Shown piece by piece: positions 12,284 through 25,076 of a DNA stretch of 64,000 nucleotides (the stretch's first letter is position 1; every line of letters begins with the position of its first letter). Below the pieces are notes generated by a model. The model was not told where the DNA came from, ran no database searches, and was given only the letters and a program-made list of their open reading frames with translations. The stretch spans positions 190,960,001 through 191,024,000 of the forward strand of contig OX597815.1 of assembly GCA_951406725.2 (NCBI GenBank), written 5' to 3'. This DNA is from Octopus vulgaris. Taxonomy: Eukaryota. The position numbers were made by a program, and so were the translations under genes.

Positions 12284-12989
12284 GATCGCTGAGAGTAGTT
12301 AGCTGCAACAGCACTTGTAAAGTTTATTGCATCTACTGTACTGCAGACAAAAGGGTGACTTAGTTTTGTTTTTTAATGTTTTTAGAAAACAAAATCAGCT
12401 ATTTTTAAATTACATCCAGAGTTATGAGTCCACAATTGTGTTGGATTCAGGAGAAAGGCACATTCATCACATTTACACTGTTAATGGCAATGAGAGAGAC
12501 AACCAGGTCACAACAACCTCTCCTTAGCCTTTTCTATAAAGTTGTAACTATGTGACTATAAATGAACGAAATATTTTTGAAATCAATTTTCCATTGCATA
12601 TGTTACCACAGTTTAAATTGTTGGCAAAAATATGAAAACATATAAGGCATATATTTTGTCTCATATTTCATTGATTATTATATATAAATATAGCTTTTAA
12701 TTATATACACACATATATACATTATACATATGTGTATATGTGTCTGAGCATGAATGTGTGTATATAAGTATGTATGTATTAATCAAAGTAAAGAGCATTA
12801 TAGATCCATTTCAGCCAATCTTACAAATCAGTTTTACACTGGGTATTAAGTAACTGGATATTATATAACTGCACAGTTAAGTAACACCAAATGCTCTTCA
12901 GGGGTGGCAGGTACAGAAAAAACATGGTGACTACTCTCTGTTACTGGAGATGAATTCTTAGACATAAATTCTATTTATATACATATATA

Positions 12990-13190
12990 TACTCTTTACT
13001 CTTTTACTTGTTTCAGTCATTTTACTCTGGTCATGCTGAAGCACAGCTTTTAGTCGAACAAATCGACCCCAGGACTTATTCTTTGTAAGCCTACTACTTA
13101 TTCTATCAGTCTCTTTTGCCAAACCGCTAAGTTACAGGGTTGTAAACACACCAGCATCGGTTGTCAAGCGATGTTGGGGGACAAACACAG

Positions 13191-13223
<33 letters not shown>

Positions 13224-13400
13224 CAGTTTCCATCTACCAAATCCACTCACAAGGCTTTGGTTGACCTGAGGCTATAGTAGAAGACACTTGCCCAAGGTGC
13301 CACGCAGTGGGACTGAACCCAGAACCATGTGGTTGGTAAGCAAGCTACTTACCACACAGCCACTCCTGCACCTAGCTACTCACCACACACCCACTCCTGT
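12990..13400 (-). mobile_element. SINE family A
   Basis: Match to family A, with a short duplication of the head end. Confidence 0.9.
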
Positions 13401-13959
13401 GCTTTATATATATATTAACTTCTAGAATGTAACAAATCTTGGCTGCTTTGCTAACAGTGTGAGAGTCAAGAAGTCAATGAGAAAGCTTCTACTGCAGTCA
13501 TTTGAGCTGCTAGAAACAGCATCCAAATCACATTCCGTAGTCTTAAAAAATAGGAAAGACTACTATGTAGAGGATGATCATGGCTGGAATGTTTTTCATC
13601 CTGGTTTACTCAGTCAGGGTTGAACAGGAGTTTAAAAACAACAACAAAAATATGAGAACCAAGAAAATGTTTTGTGTGTTTAAATGTGTAAAAGATGCGT
13701 TTTTAATATTTTATCCAGCTGCATGGTATTAATGGGTTTTCAAATAAACATTTCTTTGCTTCAAATCTATCTCAGTTTAGGGGCTCTTGTGGGCTTGGAG
13801 GTATATTCCAAGCAATCAGTTCAGCCTAAACTTATCCCCAATAGACATACACGTTCATATAACACATGCACGCATGCACACACACACAAACACACACACA
13901 CATACACACACACACACACACACACATATAATGATTCATTGATAAGGGAAATTAACTTT

Positions 13960-14151
13960 CAACTGCATCCTTCAAAACTTCCATGCTTCCTGAGATTCGC
14001 CAACACTGCACCTGATTTTCTCCCCTCCATACACATGCAAGTATGTATCTGACTCATACACTGTTCACATTCCAGACATTTGTACATTACTGTATATGCT
14101 TTATACACACTTTTGACAAGTTGTGGTGCACCTGAGCACTGTATACAATAA

Positions 14152-14182
<31 letters not shown>
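13960..14182 (+). mobile_element. Probable LINE 3' end with (ATT)n tail
   Basis: Moderately GC-rich segment ending gcacctgagcactgtatacaataat followed by (ATT)n. Confidence 0.4.
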
Positions 14183-14185
<3 letters not shown>

Positions 14186-14903
14186 AGCACAATCCATTTT
14201 GTTGTGAATAGAAAACATGAAAGAGATATAGTTCACTGTTGAGAGAGAGAGAGAGTGGGGAGACACGAAGAGACAGACAGACAGGTGACGGCTGAAATTT
14301 TAGTTTGTAATGTTAAACTCAAATCCTCCAGAGGGCCAAGGGGAGATAACAGAGAAGCTCCAATTGAGTATCAGTATCCATCTTTGAATTACCACAATGC
14401 AACAGTATTGCCTCAGCAACTAAAAGACATTATGTTTATATTTGAATGCATAAATATAAAGAAGAAGAAAAATTAGCAAGCACATATTTTCTCTTTTCAT
14501 CAAGCTTATACGCCAACAGATCTGCATAGAAGATCTGTTGCGGATTCAAGTGAGACTGTTCTAAAATCTGTTTCTGAATGAAAACACAATGTAATTCATT
14601 TGGGCATGAGCAACGGATGTTTAGCTAATATGGTAATGTACAGGAATTAAAAGTGAATGATTATACACAGTTCTATCGATCAAGTCTTAGAGAAGAGTGA
14701 TACGGAAATGCTTCAGAAATCAATAGCAGAACAACAAATCTTCATAGTTGATTGAGAAATTGAGTAACAGAAATAGATAAATAATATAATAAATTAATGT
14801 ATATTCATCCTTAAACATGTATAATTTCACCATTGGCAGTCATGCCATCCTCAAGACCGTCGTTTTCATCATGCTATATGAGCATTCTTCTTTTTTCCAA
14901 AAC

Positions 14904-14940
<37 letters not shown>

Positions 14941-15972
14941 CATGTGTGTGTATGTATGCATGTGTGTGTTTATGTATGCATGTGTGTGTTTATGTGTGTG
15001 AATTTGCGTGTGTGTGGTTGTATATGTATATACATCTGTGTGCATGGATGTGTGTGTGTGTGTGAATATGTCTGTCTGTCTGTGCTTATCTGTGAATATT
15101 TAGAGGTGAAAACAAGAAGACAGAGTACTCAATACAAGAAGAGTAATTTATCTTAGAGTTCGTCCAAAACTGAAGTTTTACTCCATTCCTTAAGTGGAAT
15201 TTCATTCCAGACATACTTTCGATTATGGCCTGATATATTATATATTCTAAAAATCTCAACCATTAAGAACAAGCGAAATAGACCTATCAAAGGCAATTTA
15301 GGAATGTGTTAACCATTATCAGTATCTGGAATCCATAACATAAAAAATTATCATAAAACTGATATTTTATTATTGATTTTGGTTATTATGAAACATTATA
15401 CAATACTGGCATTTAGTTAAGAACTGAGTCTGACAAGACACAGTTCTTAATTAGTAAGGCAGCTTTGTCTTCTGGAAGACAAAGCACAATGTGCTACTCA
15501 GCCTAATAGCAATGTTACTGCTGAAAGTAACTAACAATCTCACTTATAGCAATCACTTTTTCAGTCCCAGGGTGGCCCCAGGCAAGCCGGGATTAAGTGG
15601 TCAAAGGCATTCTAGCAATGATCATCTTATTTTTAAACATGGTGTGTCTAGGGTTGTATTATCCAATGAGTCTTTTTTAAGACAGTGGCATGCAATTCAG
15701 AGGAGATCTGGCTACTCTTTTTGGCAGGCTCAGTGACCCTATAGAAGCTCCTAACACAAAACAAAGCATCGGCCTCAAGAATTTATACAAATCCTTCTGT
15801 AGTGGTGATTCAAAACGTCAACAGCTAATTTTTGTTTGACAACATACAATATTTTTGTATATAATTTTATAGTTTAAAAGTAAAGTGGAAACTGTTGGAA
15901 TATGAGATCTGGTCCTTGGAACAAGATAAAAGTATTTGTAAGGCTTTCATGTAAATTTGTGTTAACATATTC

Positions 15973-16167
15973 GTGGTAAGAAGCTTGCTTTCCAACCACA
16001 TGGTTCTGAGTTCAGTCCCTCTGTGTGGCACCAAAGGCAAGTGTCTTATACTATAGACTCAGGCTGACTAGAGCTTTGTGAGTGGATTTGGTTGATGGAA
16101 ACTCCATGGAGCCTATTGTGTAATCATGTATGTGTCTGTTTTTGCGTGTGTGTGTGTGTGTGGTGTG

Positions 16168-16198
<31 letters not shown>

Positions 16199-16905
16199 TG
16201 TGTATGTGTGGTGTGTGTCTGTGTGTCTTTGTGTTTGTATTTGTCCACCTACCACTTGGCAATCGGTGTTGGTGTGTTTACATCCCTGTAACTTAGCAGT
16301 TCAGCAAAAGAGACCAATAGAATAAGTACCAGGCTTTAAAAAAGTAAGTACTGGAGTCAATTCATTCAATTAAAATTTTTTTAAGGTGGTGCCCCAGCAT
16401 GGCCACAGTCTAATGACTAAAACAAATGAAAAATATAAAAAAAGCTAGTCTGGTGCTCTCCCATTTCTATTAATATGTCATCTTATGAACATAAATAATA
16501 ACAAGCAATTAACAATTAATTAATCCAATAAGGCAAGAATACATCTTTTATCCTAAATCTTTTAATACTTGTTTTAAGTCATTCAACTGTGGCCATGATG
16601 GGGCTTTGAAGAATTTTAGTCAAATGAATCAATCCCAGTGCTTATTTTTTTAAGCCTATTCATTCTATCAGTCTCTTTTGCCAAATTGTTAAGTTATGGG
16701 GATATAAATATACCAACAGTGATTATCAAGTGGTGGTGGTGGGGGGACAAACACAAACACCTACACACATACACTCACACACACACGCTCACACACACAT
16801 ACACACATATTAGTAGAAGACATTTTCACAAGGTGCCACGCTGTGGGACGGAACCTGGAACCATGTAATTGGAAAGCAAGCTTTTTACCACTCAAACACA
16901 ACTGC
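15973..16905. mobile_element. Two diverged family A SINEs tail to tail (about 15973-16435 +, about 16565-16905 -)
   Basis: Both match family A in opposite orientations, about 130 bp apart. Confidence 0.8.
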
Positions 16906-17654
16906 ACTTACAGAATATATTTATTTCTGTTATGTTAGTTGTATCTTAATCCCTAAATTATGTCCATTTCTAGATAAAGATTACTACGAATGAACATATC
17001 ATCTTTGAAATTTTTATTTTTAGTACACGTGTGTACTTTCTGTAAACCAGTGTACTAAAACTAATTTCCTCTAAGCAGGTATGAAGACTTTAAGATCCAT
17101 CAAGGGAAGGTGAAAGGTAAGATATCACAGTCACATTCTTCTTTTTTCTTTTCTTTTTTTTATCATCAAAGACGAGTACAGGGATTAAAAAATAGTTCCA
17201 ACAGGAAACTGAAACCAAAGATAGAAACAAAGTTTCCTGGAAGTTAATCATCTGTGAGAAACTTAAACCATTTATGCATGAGCAAACACCAGAGCCTCTA
17301 TGCAGTAACCCAATTTGCATGAAACAGCTGGCAAACTCACTCAATTCATATACTTCTGTCTTTACAAAGATGGGATATTCATGGCATGAATGCTTCTCAT
17401 CAAAGTTTTCCTTATTTAGAGCTGGCCTGGAGTTAAATGACAATAGTTATAATAAATATTTACAGAAGCTAACATTATTATTATAGATATACCGTATTTT
17501 AACATGTATAAGGAACCCTTGTATATAAAGAACCCTCTAATTTTGGTGGTTTAAAATTTGGCAAAAAAGTTTTGTAAGGTATTATGATACTATCCGTGTA
17601 TAAGAAACTTCCATAATTTTTTTAATCTAATTTTTGACAAAAAAGGGTTCCTTA

Positions 17655-18035
17655 TCTATATATATAAAGCTGAAGTTGTCTGTGTGTGGCAGGATTGGTA
17701 GCCTTCAACTAACACTATCTCATTTGAGACCCTGCGGCGCAAGTTGACCAAAATTGAGAGTATGATAGAAGAAGGCTTGCTCTTCCTTCCGTAGAAGATA
17801 AAATTCAAATCGAACCATGTTAAGACCAAAAAATTATTTACATTAAAAATTTGCTTTTTTTTTCTATGAAAATCCCTATTTTTTACGATTTTTTGACTGC
17901 TCTGTCACCATTTTTCGGTGAAAAATGTTCACTTAAAGAGACTAACAAGCTACATAATGCAAAATTTTTACTATTAAAAAATTCCAATTCTAAAGGGTCG
18001 AAACAAGCCTGAGCAACGCCAGGCTATACTGCTAG
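17655..18035 (+). mobile_element. Non-autonomous Helitron inserted into a decayed TIR element starting taccgtatttt (about 17490)
   Basis: A|TC 5' end, subterminal cctgagcaacgccagg hairpin, CTAG|T 3' end, no TSD. Confidence 0.9.
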
Positions 18036-18688
18036 TATATAAAAATGAGATGTGTGTGTATTTGCTTTTATGAACCAAAGGACATAACAGAAGGTGCCTG
18101 CCCACACTGGGAATGAATCTTAAACCACAGGGTTACAAAGCAAACTTTCTAAACCACACATTCACACCTACCTTTATTTATGGCTGCTCTTAAACAATCA
18201 ATGAATACGAAGGATTAAAACTGTGAGGTTTGAACTAAGAAATCTATAGCTGTTTATTGATTGTAAAGGTTTATAATTATCGGATAACTTGCAAGCCTTA
18301 TTCTTGCATGGAATAAAAGATAAAAATAATATCAAAGAACCCAAGACTCGTTTATGTTATAAACCAATGTTTAGGGGTAATCATTTGAAATGATACTGGT
18401 TTAAGAGCTTTAATATCAATAATGCTTTCCAAACAGACAATACTAGCAGTCAAACATCTGTGGAAATTTAACTTAAGTTTATTCATTTGCAAATTTGATA
18501 TTAATACATGAACATCTAGAGGTTGTTATTGTTACTGTCATTGTCATAGCTGTCGTTTAGCTCTAATCAATGTCTGTTATGAAAAAGAGCATTCCGACTA
18601 TGACCTTCTTGTCTTTTTAAGTCTATGAGTGATTACATTACCTAATGTGTCCTTTTTCTACTATGACAGAGTGTGATTTTAAAAGAGA

Positions 18689-19058
18689 CTAGCAGTATTG
18701 CCTGGTGTTGCTCAAGTTTGTTTCAACCCTTTACAATTGAAGTTTTTGAAAATTAAAACTTTTGCATTATGTAGCTTGTTATTCTCTTTAAGTGAACATT
18801 TTTCTGGTTGAAATACACTGAAAAATGGCGACACAGCAGTCAAAAAATCGTAAAATATAGGGATTTTCATAGAAAATTTTGATGTAAATAATTTTTGGTC
18901 TCAACATGGTCCAATTTGAATTTTATCTTCTACGGAATAAAGAGCAAGCCTTCTTCTATCATACTCTCAATCTTGGTCAACTTGTGCCACAGGAAATTGT
19001 GTTAGTTGAAGGCTACCAAACCTGCTACAAACAGACAACAAATTTTTATATATAGAGA
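18689..19058 (-). mobile_element. Non-autonomous Helitron, same family
   Basis: Reverse complement of the 17655 copy. Removing it restores host repeat E (gtgtgattttaaaagaga|tttgtctg). Confidence 0.9.
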
Positions 19059-19206
19059 TTTGTCTGATGTTTCTCATAGGTTGGGCAATCAAGTTGAGGT
19101 TACTCGTTGGTGTACAGAAATAATAGTCAAAGTCTTCTTTTCTGACACTGCATTTCACAAGATCTACATATATGTTATGTCTAATTGTTCAGTTTTAACA
19201 AGGTAG

Positions 19207-19555
19207 CCTCTACAGGGTCATTCAGCTTGCTAAAAACAACATCCAATTCTCCTTCAAATAACACACTAGCATCTTCCATAAAGAAAGATATGCTAGACTA
19301 TGTAGCTCCTAATAGGCTAAAAGACAGGATGGTCACAGCTGGAATGCCCTTAGTCCTACATCTACAAAGCCAGAACTTACCCTCTACAGGGTCATTCGGC
19401 TTGCTAAAAACAGCAGCCAATTCGCCTTCAAATAACATGCTAGCATCTTCCATAAAGTAAGATATGCTAAACTATATAGCTCCTAATAGGCTAAAAGACA
19501 GGATGGTCACAGCTGGAATGCCCTTAATCCTACATCTACTAAGCCAGAACTTACC
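19207..19555. repeat. Tandem duplication (period 174) of interspersed repeat family E
   Basis: cctctacagggtcatt...cagaacttac occurs twice. Family E (ctagaaatagcagcc...ggtcacagctggaatg) also occurs near 6200, 7400, 13480, 15600, 44270, 54150-54440, 55050 and 57840. Confidence 0.85.
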
Positions 19556-22405
19556 CACAGCTAAACAATAACTTTCTACATGTAAAATTAATCATTAATT
19601 TAATTAACCGCATTCAATCAGCCCTCAGTCTAAGAGAGATTAAAAAGACTGTTTACTACTTTCATCCATTGATTACTAATAAAAAGAATTAAATAGAAGG
19701 GTGTTAAGACAATATTCCCATTTCTACCTGAACAGCCATCTCTACTCCTTAGAGTTGGCTAGTTTTGTAACACCTCCAATTAGGTACCCTGATTTACTCA
19801 TCCCTAATCCTCTTGCTATCTCTATTGTGTCAATCACTCAAGGTTTTATACTCACCACTTTGCCTAACCTTTATTTCTTCTTAAAACATTAACCCTCTAG
19901 AATTCCCACCCTGCATATTTTTCCTGCAGCTGTCAGCTTACAACTGTCTAAGAACAACATTAATTGTATTGATCTCACCAAACCAAACTAATAAAAACAA
20001 AATATATTACAAATACCATAGAAACAGCTTCTGCTCCTTTCATTAACTTGTAAAAAAACATATTATTAACAATTAAATGGTTAACTTATCATTCTTCTTT
20101 TTTGCTTCACTCACCCATTCTCTTCGGTTTTTTTTTTGACAGGACATATAACAAGCTTTCTTTTAATAATGTCACACAATATTACTTGCTTTGTTCTTTT
20201 AATTTTTTCTCCTATTTCACAGATACATCTTTCTCATATTTTCTGAATACGTCTGATAGTTATGAAAAGCAAAACTATTTTTGTTAAGCATAACTAAAAG
20301 CGGCATCCACAAAAGATTAACTCCAATATAACATAATCAATGTTATATGGAAATATATAAAAGGAAATTGTAAGATAATGGTTGTAATAGAGCAAATTAT
20401 ATTCAGAAAAGAGATAAACTATGTAAAAATGGTTCAAAACAAATTGTATGCCATAAGAACGAAGTGGAGTCTAACATTTCTGACAGAATACTTGATCAGA
20501 AAAAGAATGGGTCTACTTGAAACATTAGACTTCCTTTCTTCCTCATCACATAAACTATATTGCATTGTTTGAACTATTTGTATTGCCATTCGTTGATGTA
20601 AAATACTAAGAGTTTCCTCAAATTTTACTGCAACACAACATGCAGATGCATTGTCAGTTGAGAATAAGTAAGTGTAAAAATATTCTGATAAAAGCTGTGG
20701 GAAATAAAATGGACAAGAAATATCAAGAATAAAAATATTGTATAATTTACAACATAATTATTATGAAAATAGTCATCATAATTTTAGAGTAGAGAATCTG
20801 AGCATTTGAAGTCAAAAGAATCAATTCAGTAGCAAATGTTTCATCAGATTATAACAGGTAGGTAATTTTTCATACAGTAATTGGCATAATTCTTTAGAAA
20901 ATATATTATGTTGATAGTAACTGCTTGGGATATTCCTGTAAAGAAGGAAATCCAGAAATTAGAATATATATACAAGATCAACAAAATATATTTCCGACAT
21001 GTGTTTATCTTATAGTACATGACATGACATTTTTTTCTCAGTACATGAAATTTTTTTCTCAGCTGTAATAGATAAAAAAATTTCTTTGCCATTTACTAAC
21101 CAAAACTATTTTTGTATTTCAAAAAAATTCAATGACAACATGAAAGAAAATACAAATTCATTTTTATTCTCATGTGATTTCTGGATATAATTCTCTCTCC
21201 TATAATGCATTGGGGTATCTCATGCAATAGTGTGTAATATATATATAAACGGGTAGGTGTAGTTGAACGGATAGAATAATCGCAATTCTAGCTTTATTGC
21301 AATGGAAAGAAATTTTTCTATTTTATTATGTGCTCAGCAATTGTGCACTTACTAAATGAAACAGCAATTTATAGAGTTTATCTCTTCAGATTCTTATAAA
21401 CACTGGAAACAGCAACAAATAAACATGAGGTATGCACCTAACTTGTGCTTACCTGTTCATATTATAAAATATACCAAACTGGCACTTGGTCAGTTATGCT
21501 GATAAGGGCTTCACTTGGTCTGATCAATGGAACAGCCTGCTCATGAAATTAACATCAAAGTGGCTGAGTGCTCCACAGACTTAATGTAGTTCTTTGGGAA
21601 ATTCAGAAATTACAGAATGTGACAAGGATGGCTCTTTGAATGTACAAGTACAACTCATTTTTGCCAGCAGAGGAAACTAGAGCAATGTGAAATAAAGTGT
21701 CTTGCTCAAGGACATAACGTATCTCCAAGAATTGAACTCATGACCTTATGATCATGATCCAAATACCCCTAACCACCAAGCCACATGCTTTCACTATAAA
21801 ATATAGAAGCTCATTTCAATAGGTCAGGCTCAGTTTAAGGTACTCTAATACCCAAAAGTCAACAAGATTTGAATATCTTAAAAAAAAAATGTTTTCAACA
21901 TTTAACCAGTATTTCTTTTTTTATTATTGTTTCAGTGTTTGGACGGTGAACATCCAGGGGTACCACATTCAAGAGTTTTCGTCAATTATATCAACCAAAG
22001 TACTTATTTTATTAGTGTTGTAAGTGATGAATGGCTAAGCCCTCATTTATGTACAGGAACATACCATAAAAATTTTTTTTCTTTTTACACATTTTTTTTC
22101 CTTTTGCCATTTCAGTTATGTGATGGACTTCTGCACACGAATTAACAACCAAATTTCATAGACAATACTTTAGTCAGCCTTGCGAATGAAAATAGAAGTA
22201 ATAGAAGATATAAGCCAAACCTGTGTGGTTACAGAACAAACTTTTTAAGCAATTAATCAGTTCTGGGAAAAGATATGCTCTTTGATGACTTGTTTTAATC
22301 TTCAGTACTTTTATAAGTCTGTGGTTGTCAGATCAAAGTATAGTAGAAAATGTACACTGTATCAAGAAAACACTGAACACTTCTGTGGTAGGACTCTTTA
22401 TTGTT

Positions 22406-22575
22406 TGTGGCTGTGTGGTAAGTAGCTTGCTTACCAACCACATGGTTCCGGGTTCAGTCCCACTGTGTGGCACCTTCGGCAAGTGTCTTCTACTATAGCC
22501 TCGGGCTGACCAAAAGCCTTGTGAGTGGATTTGGTAGATGGAAACTGAAAGAAGCCCATCATATATATGTATATG

Positions 22576-22606
<31 letters not shown>

Positions 22607-22820
22607 TTGTATGCCTGTGTTTGTCCCCCCCCCCCAACATCGCTTGACAACCGATGCTGGTGTGTTTACGTCCCCGTAACTTAGCGGTTCAGCAAAAGAG
22701 ACCGATAGAACAAGTACTAGGCTTACAAAGAATAAGTCCTGGGGTCGATTTGCTCGACTAAAGGCAGTGCTCCAGCATGGCCACAGTCAAATGACTGAAA
22801 CAACTAAAAGAGTAAAAGAG
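22406..22820 (+). mobile_element. SINE family A
   Basis: Nearly full length, low divergence. Confidence 0.9.
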
Positions 22821-23774
22821 TACTGCTTTTACTCCTTCAGAGAACAGTGTGTTAAACATTATTCCTGTTCCATGGGGAGTAATAGGAACTGCGCCTGTGT
22901 GTACATTTTTGTTGTTTTTATTGCCATGTAGACAGCCTACCACTCCTCTATACAACATTATTACTAACTCATTAAAACTTGAATAAACTACTTGACCTTA
23001 GTGTTCATCAAATCATTTGAACAGAAGATTTCCACAAATGAGAATAAAATAGCAATTAACTATCAATAAAATAATTTCTTTCCCTTGCAAAATTAAAAGC
23101 TAGTGTAGAGAATTTAATAATGCTTTAATGCTGTTTTTCAACAAGATACTAAGTTAAAACATTTTCAAATTTCCATACAATGCTTATGATTTTAACCTAT
23201 TAGAATAAATTAGGATAGGATACTCATCTTCAAACAAATTATTCATTCATAAGGGAAAAGATAGACTGCAAAAAGCAAGTCAGTGAAGTAGGGGAAAAAT
23301 CATTCAATACAAATAAAGGAATCACAATCAATGGAAAACAATTATGAGTTAATATCAAATCACATTTCAAAAGATTACATAGTATATAAACATAAAGCAA
23401 AGTGAAGGTGTTTCAAATAACACATCATTCTCAGGGATATAAAAAGGGTGTATGTCATTCATAATAGTTTTATACTGATTTGTTTTATTATATCTATTAT
23501 TAATATGACTGGTTAAATACATTTTTTAAATAAATATTAGGAATTTTGTGAACAAGAAGCATATGGTCTTATAAATTCTTTAAATCATTATTTTAAATGT
23601 TTTAATTGGCAATAGAGCTAATGGGAGTAATTTATAAAAACAAATAACTATACTACATAGATTAAATACTGATGAGATTCAATTTGCACTAAACACCACT
23701 AAATGTATGTAATTTAAGGTAAAAAGATAGCATTTCTTTCAAAGAACATTTCAATATATTACTATCAATGAGTT

Positions 23775-24172
23775 GCGATCCCAAAGTCCATCCCCTCCTC
23801 ACCGTGGTGGGGATGCTGGCAACAGGTAGTGTCAGAGCTATGCCGTCGGGAACTTCGGTTCCTGGTAGGGCCACCCAAGGCGGATTGGTCTGACACCGAG
23901 TGGTATTAGGGCCACAACCTGGCAGACAGGGCTCTGGTGAAAATCCTCGGAGTGTCTGTTTCGGCAACTGGCGGCTCCTCAGTCGTTCTGTCCCTGCATC
24001 TGCGGACAATCTGCGGCAAACAGGATGTCTCTACATGCAGGATTGTTGGGGACTGCTTGTGAAATTCATATTCTCACAAAACTTCTTCCACTGCCATGGT
24101 TCGAGATGCCTGGAGGGTGGTAGAAGCCAACTCAACCTGCCCAGGGTGAATGTCACCACAAGTACAAGTAAG
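23775..24172 (+). mobile_element. 398-bp non-autonomous RTE-derived (bipartite) retroposon
   Basis: 12-bp TSD tatcaatgagtt (23763-23774 and 24173-24184), caagtacaagtaag tail, and an RTE/BovB-like 5' UTR motif gagctatgccgtc...gtagggccacccaaggcgga. Confidence 0.8.
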
Positions 24173-24732
24173 TATCAATGAGTTCCACAGCTTCTGACTG
24201 TAGATAAAACACTAACTTATTTTAATTCTATATTACAATGCTACATTGCTGGTGTAACTTATGTTTGAATAGCCTTCCTCAAAACTAATAAAGTAAACCA
24301 TAATCTAAACTCTAAATACATTATTATTCTCAAAAATATTTACGTTTTGAGTTTTTAATTCTGATCACTGTATAAAATTACTGTTACATAGCAATTTAAG
24401 CTCAAAAATGATTAGAAGCAAATTTTTGCGCAAAGATTCTTTGGTACACAAACAAATTAATTTACTCCTTATTTTTTACTTAGTTTTTGCAGGTAATATG
24501 ATTCCAAAATTTGTAATGTTACAGCTACTATAGAAACAGCCATGAAATATTCTTGGCTAAAATTTCAGGGAAAATATATTGCAATAGTTATTTTATTTTT
24601 GCATCTGTTTTCAGACTAAAATATTTCAAGATTCAAAACTAGATAGTACAATGAATACCTGCAACCATTAGTGGGACAGCCTTATAGAAAAAGGCATATA
24701 TTCTGATGTCCATGTTCTATTTTAACATCAGA

Positions 24733-24787
<55 letters not shown>

Positions 24788-25017
24788 ATCAGCATGTTTA
24801 GTTTATGTATTTTACAAATGAGATAATTTGTATTATGATATACATTTGAATTGTACATAATTAGAGGATTTCAAAATAATTGACTAAGTTTAAAAGAAAT
24901 TTCATTTAATTTGTCCAATTTAAATTTCTTTGAGAAAACAGATAGTGCAGCAGAAATCATTCATTTCATACATCAAGGAGCAAACAATATAAAAAAAAGA
25001 GAAATTCACTGTTGTTG

Positions 25018-25076
<59 letters not shown>
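24733..25076. repeat. Two (TTA)n microsatellites (about 24733-24785 and 25020-25076)
   Basis: Direct reading. Confidence 0.9.

Noticed and set aside
17078-17115. Plus-strand AG...AAG|GTAAGA 38-nt exon-like segment, with nearby ORFs at 17090-17486
   Set aside because: Isolated, with no partner exons or recognisable protein. Chance occurrence is plausible.
23669-23700. ctgatga hammerhead-like seed (also about 26258 and 37818)
   Set aside because: No stem II followed by GAAA, and no stem I.
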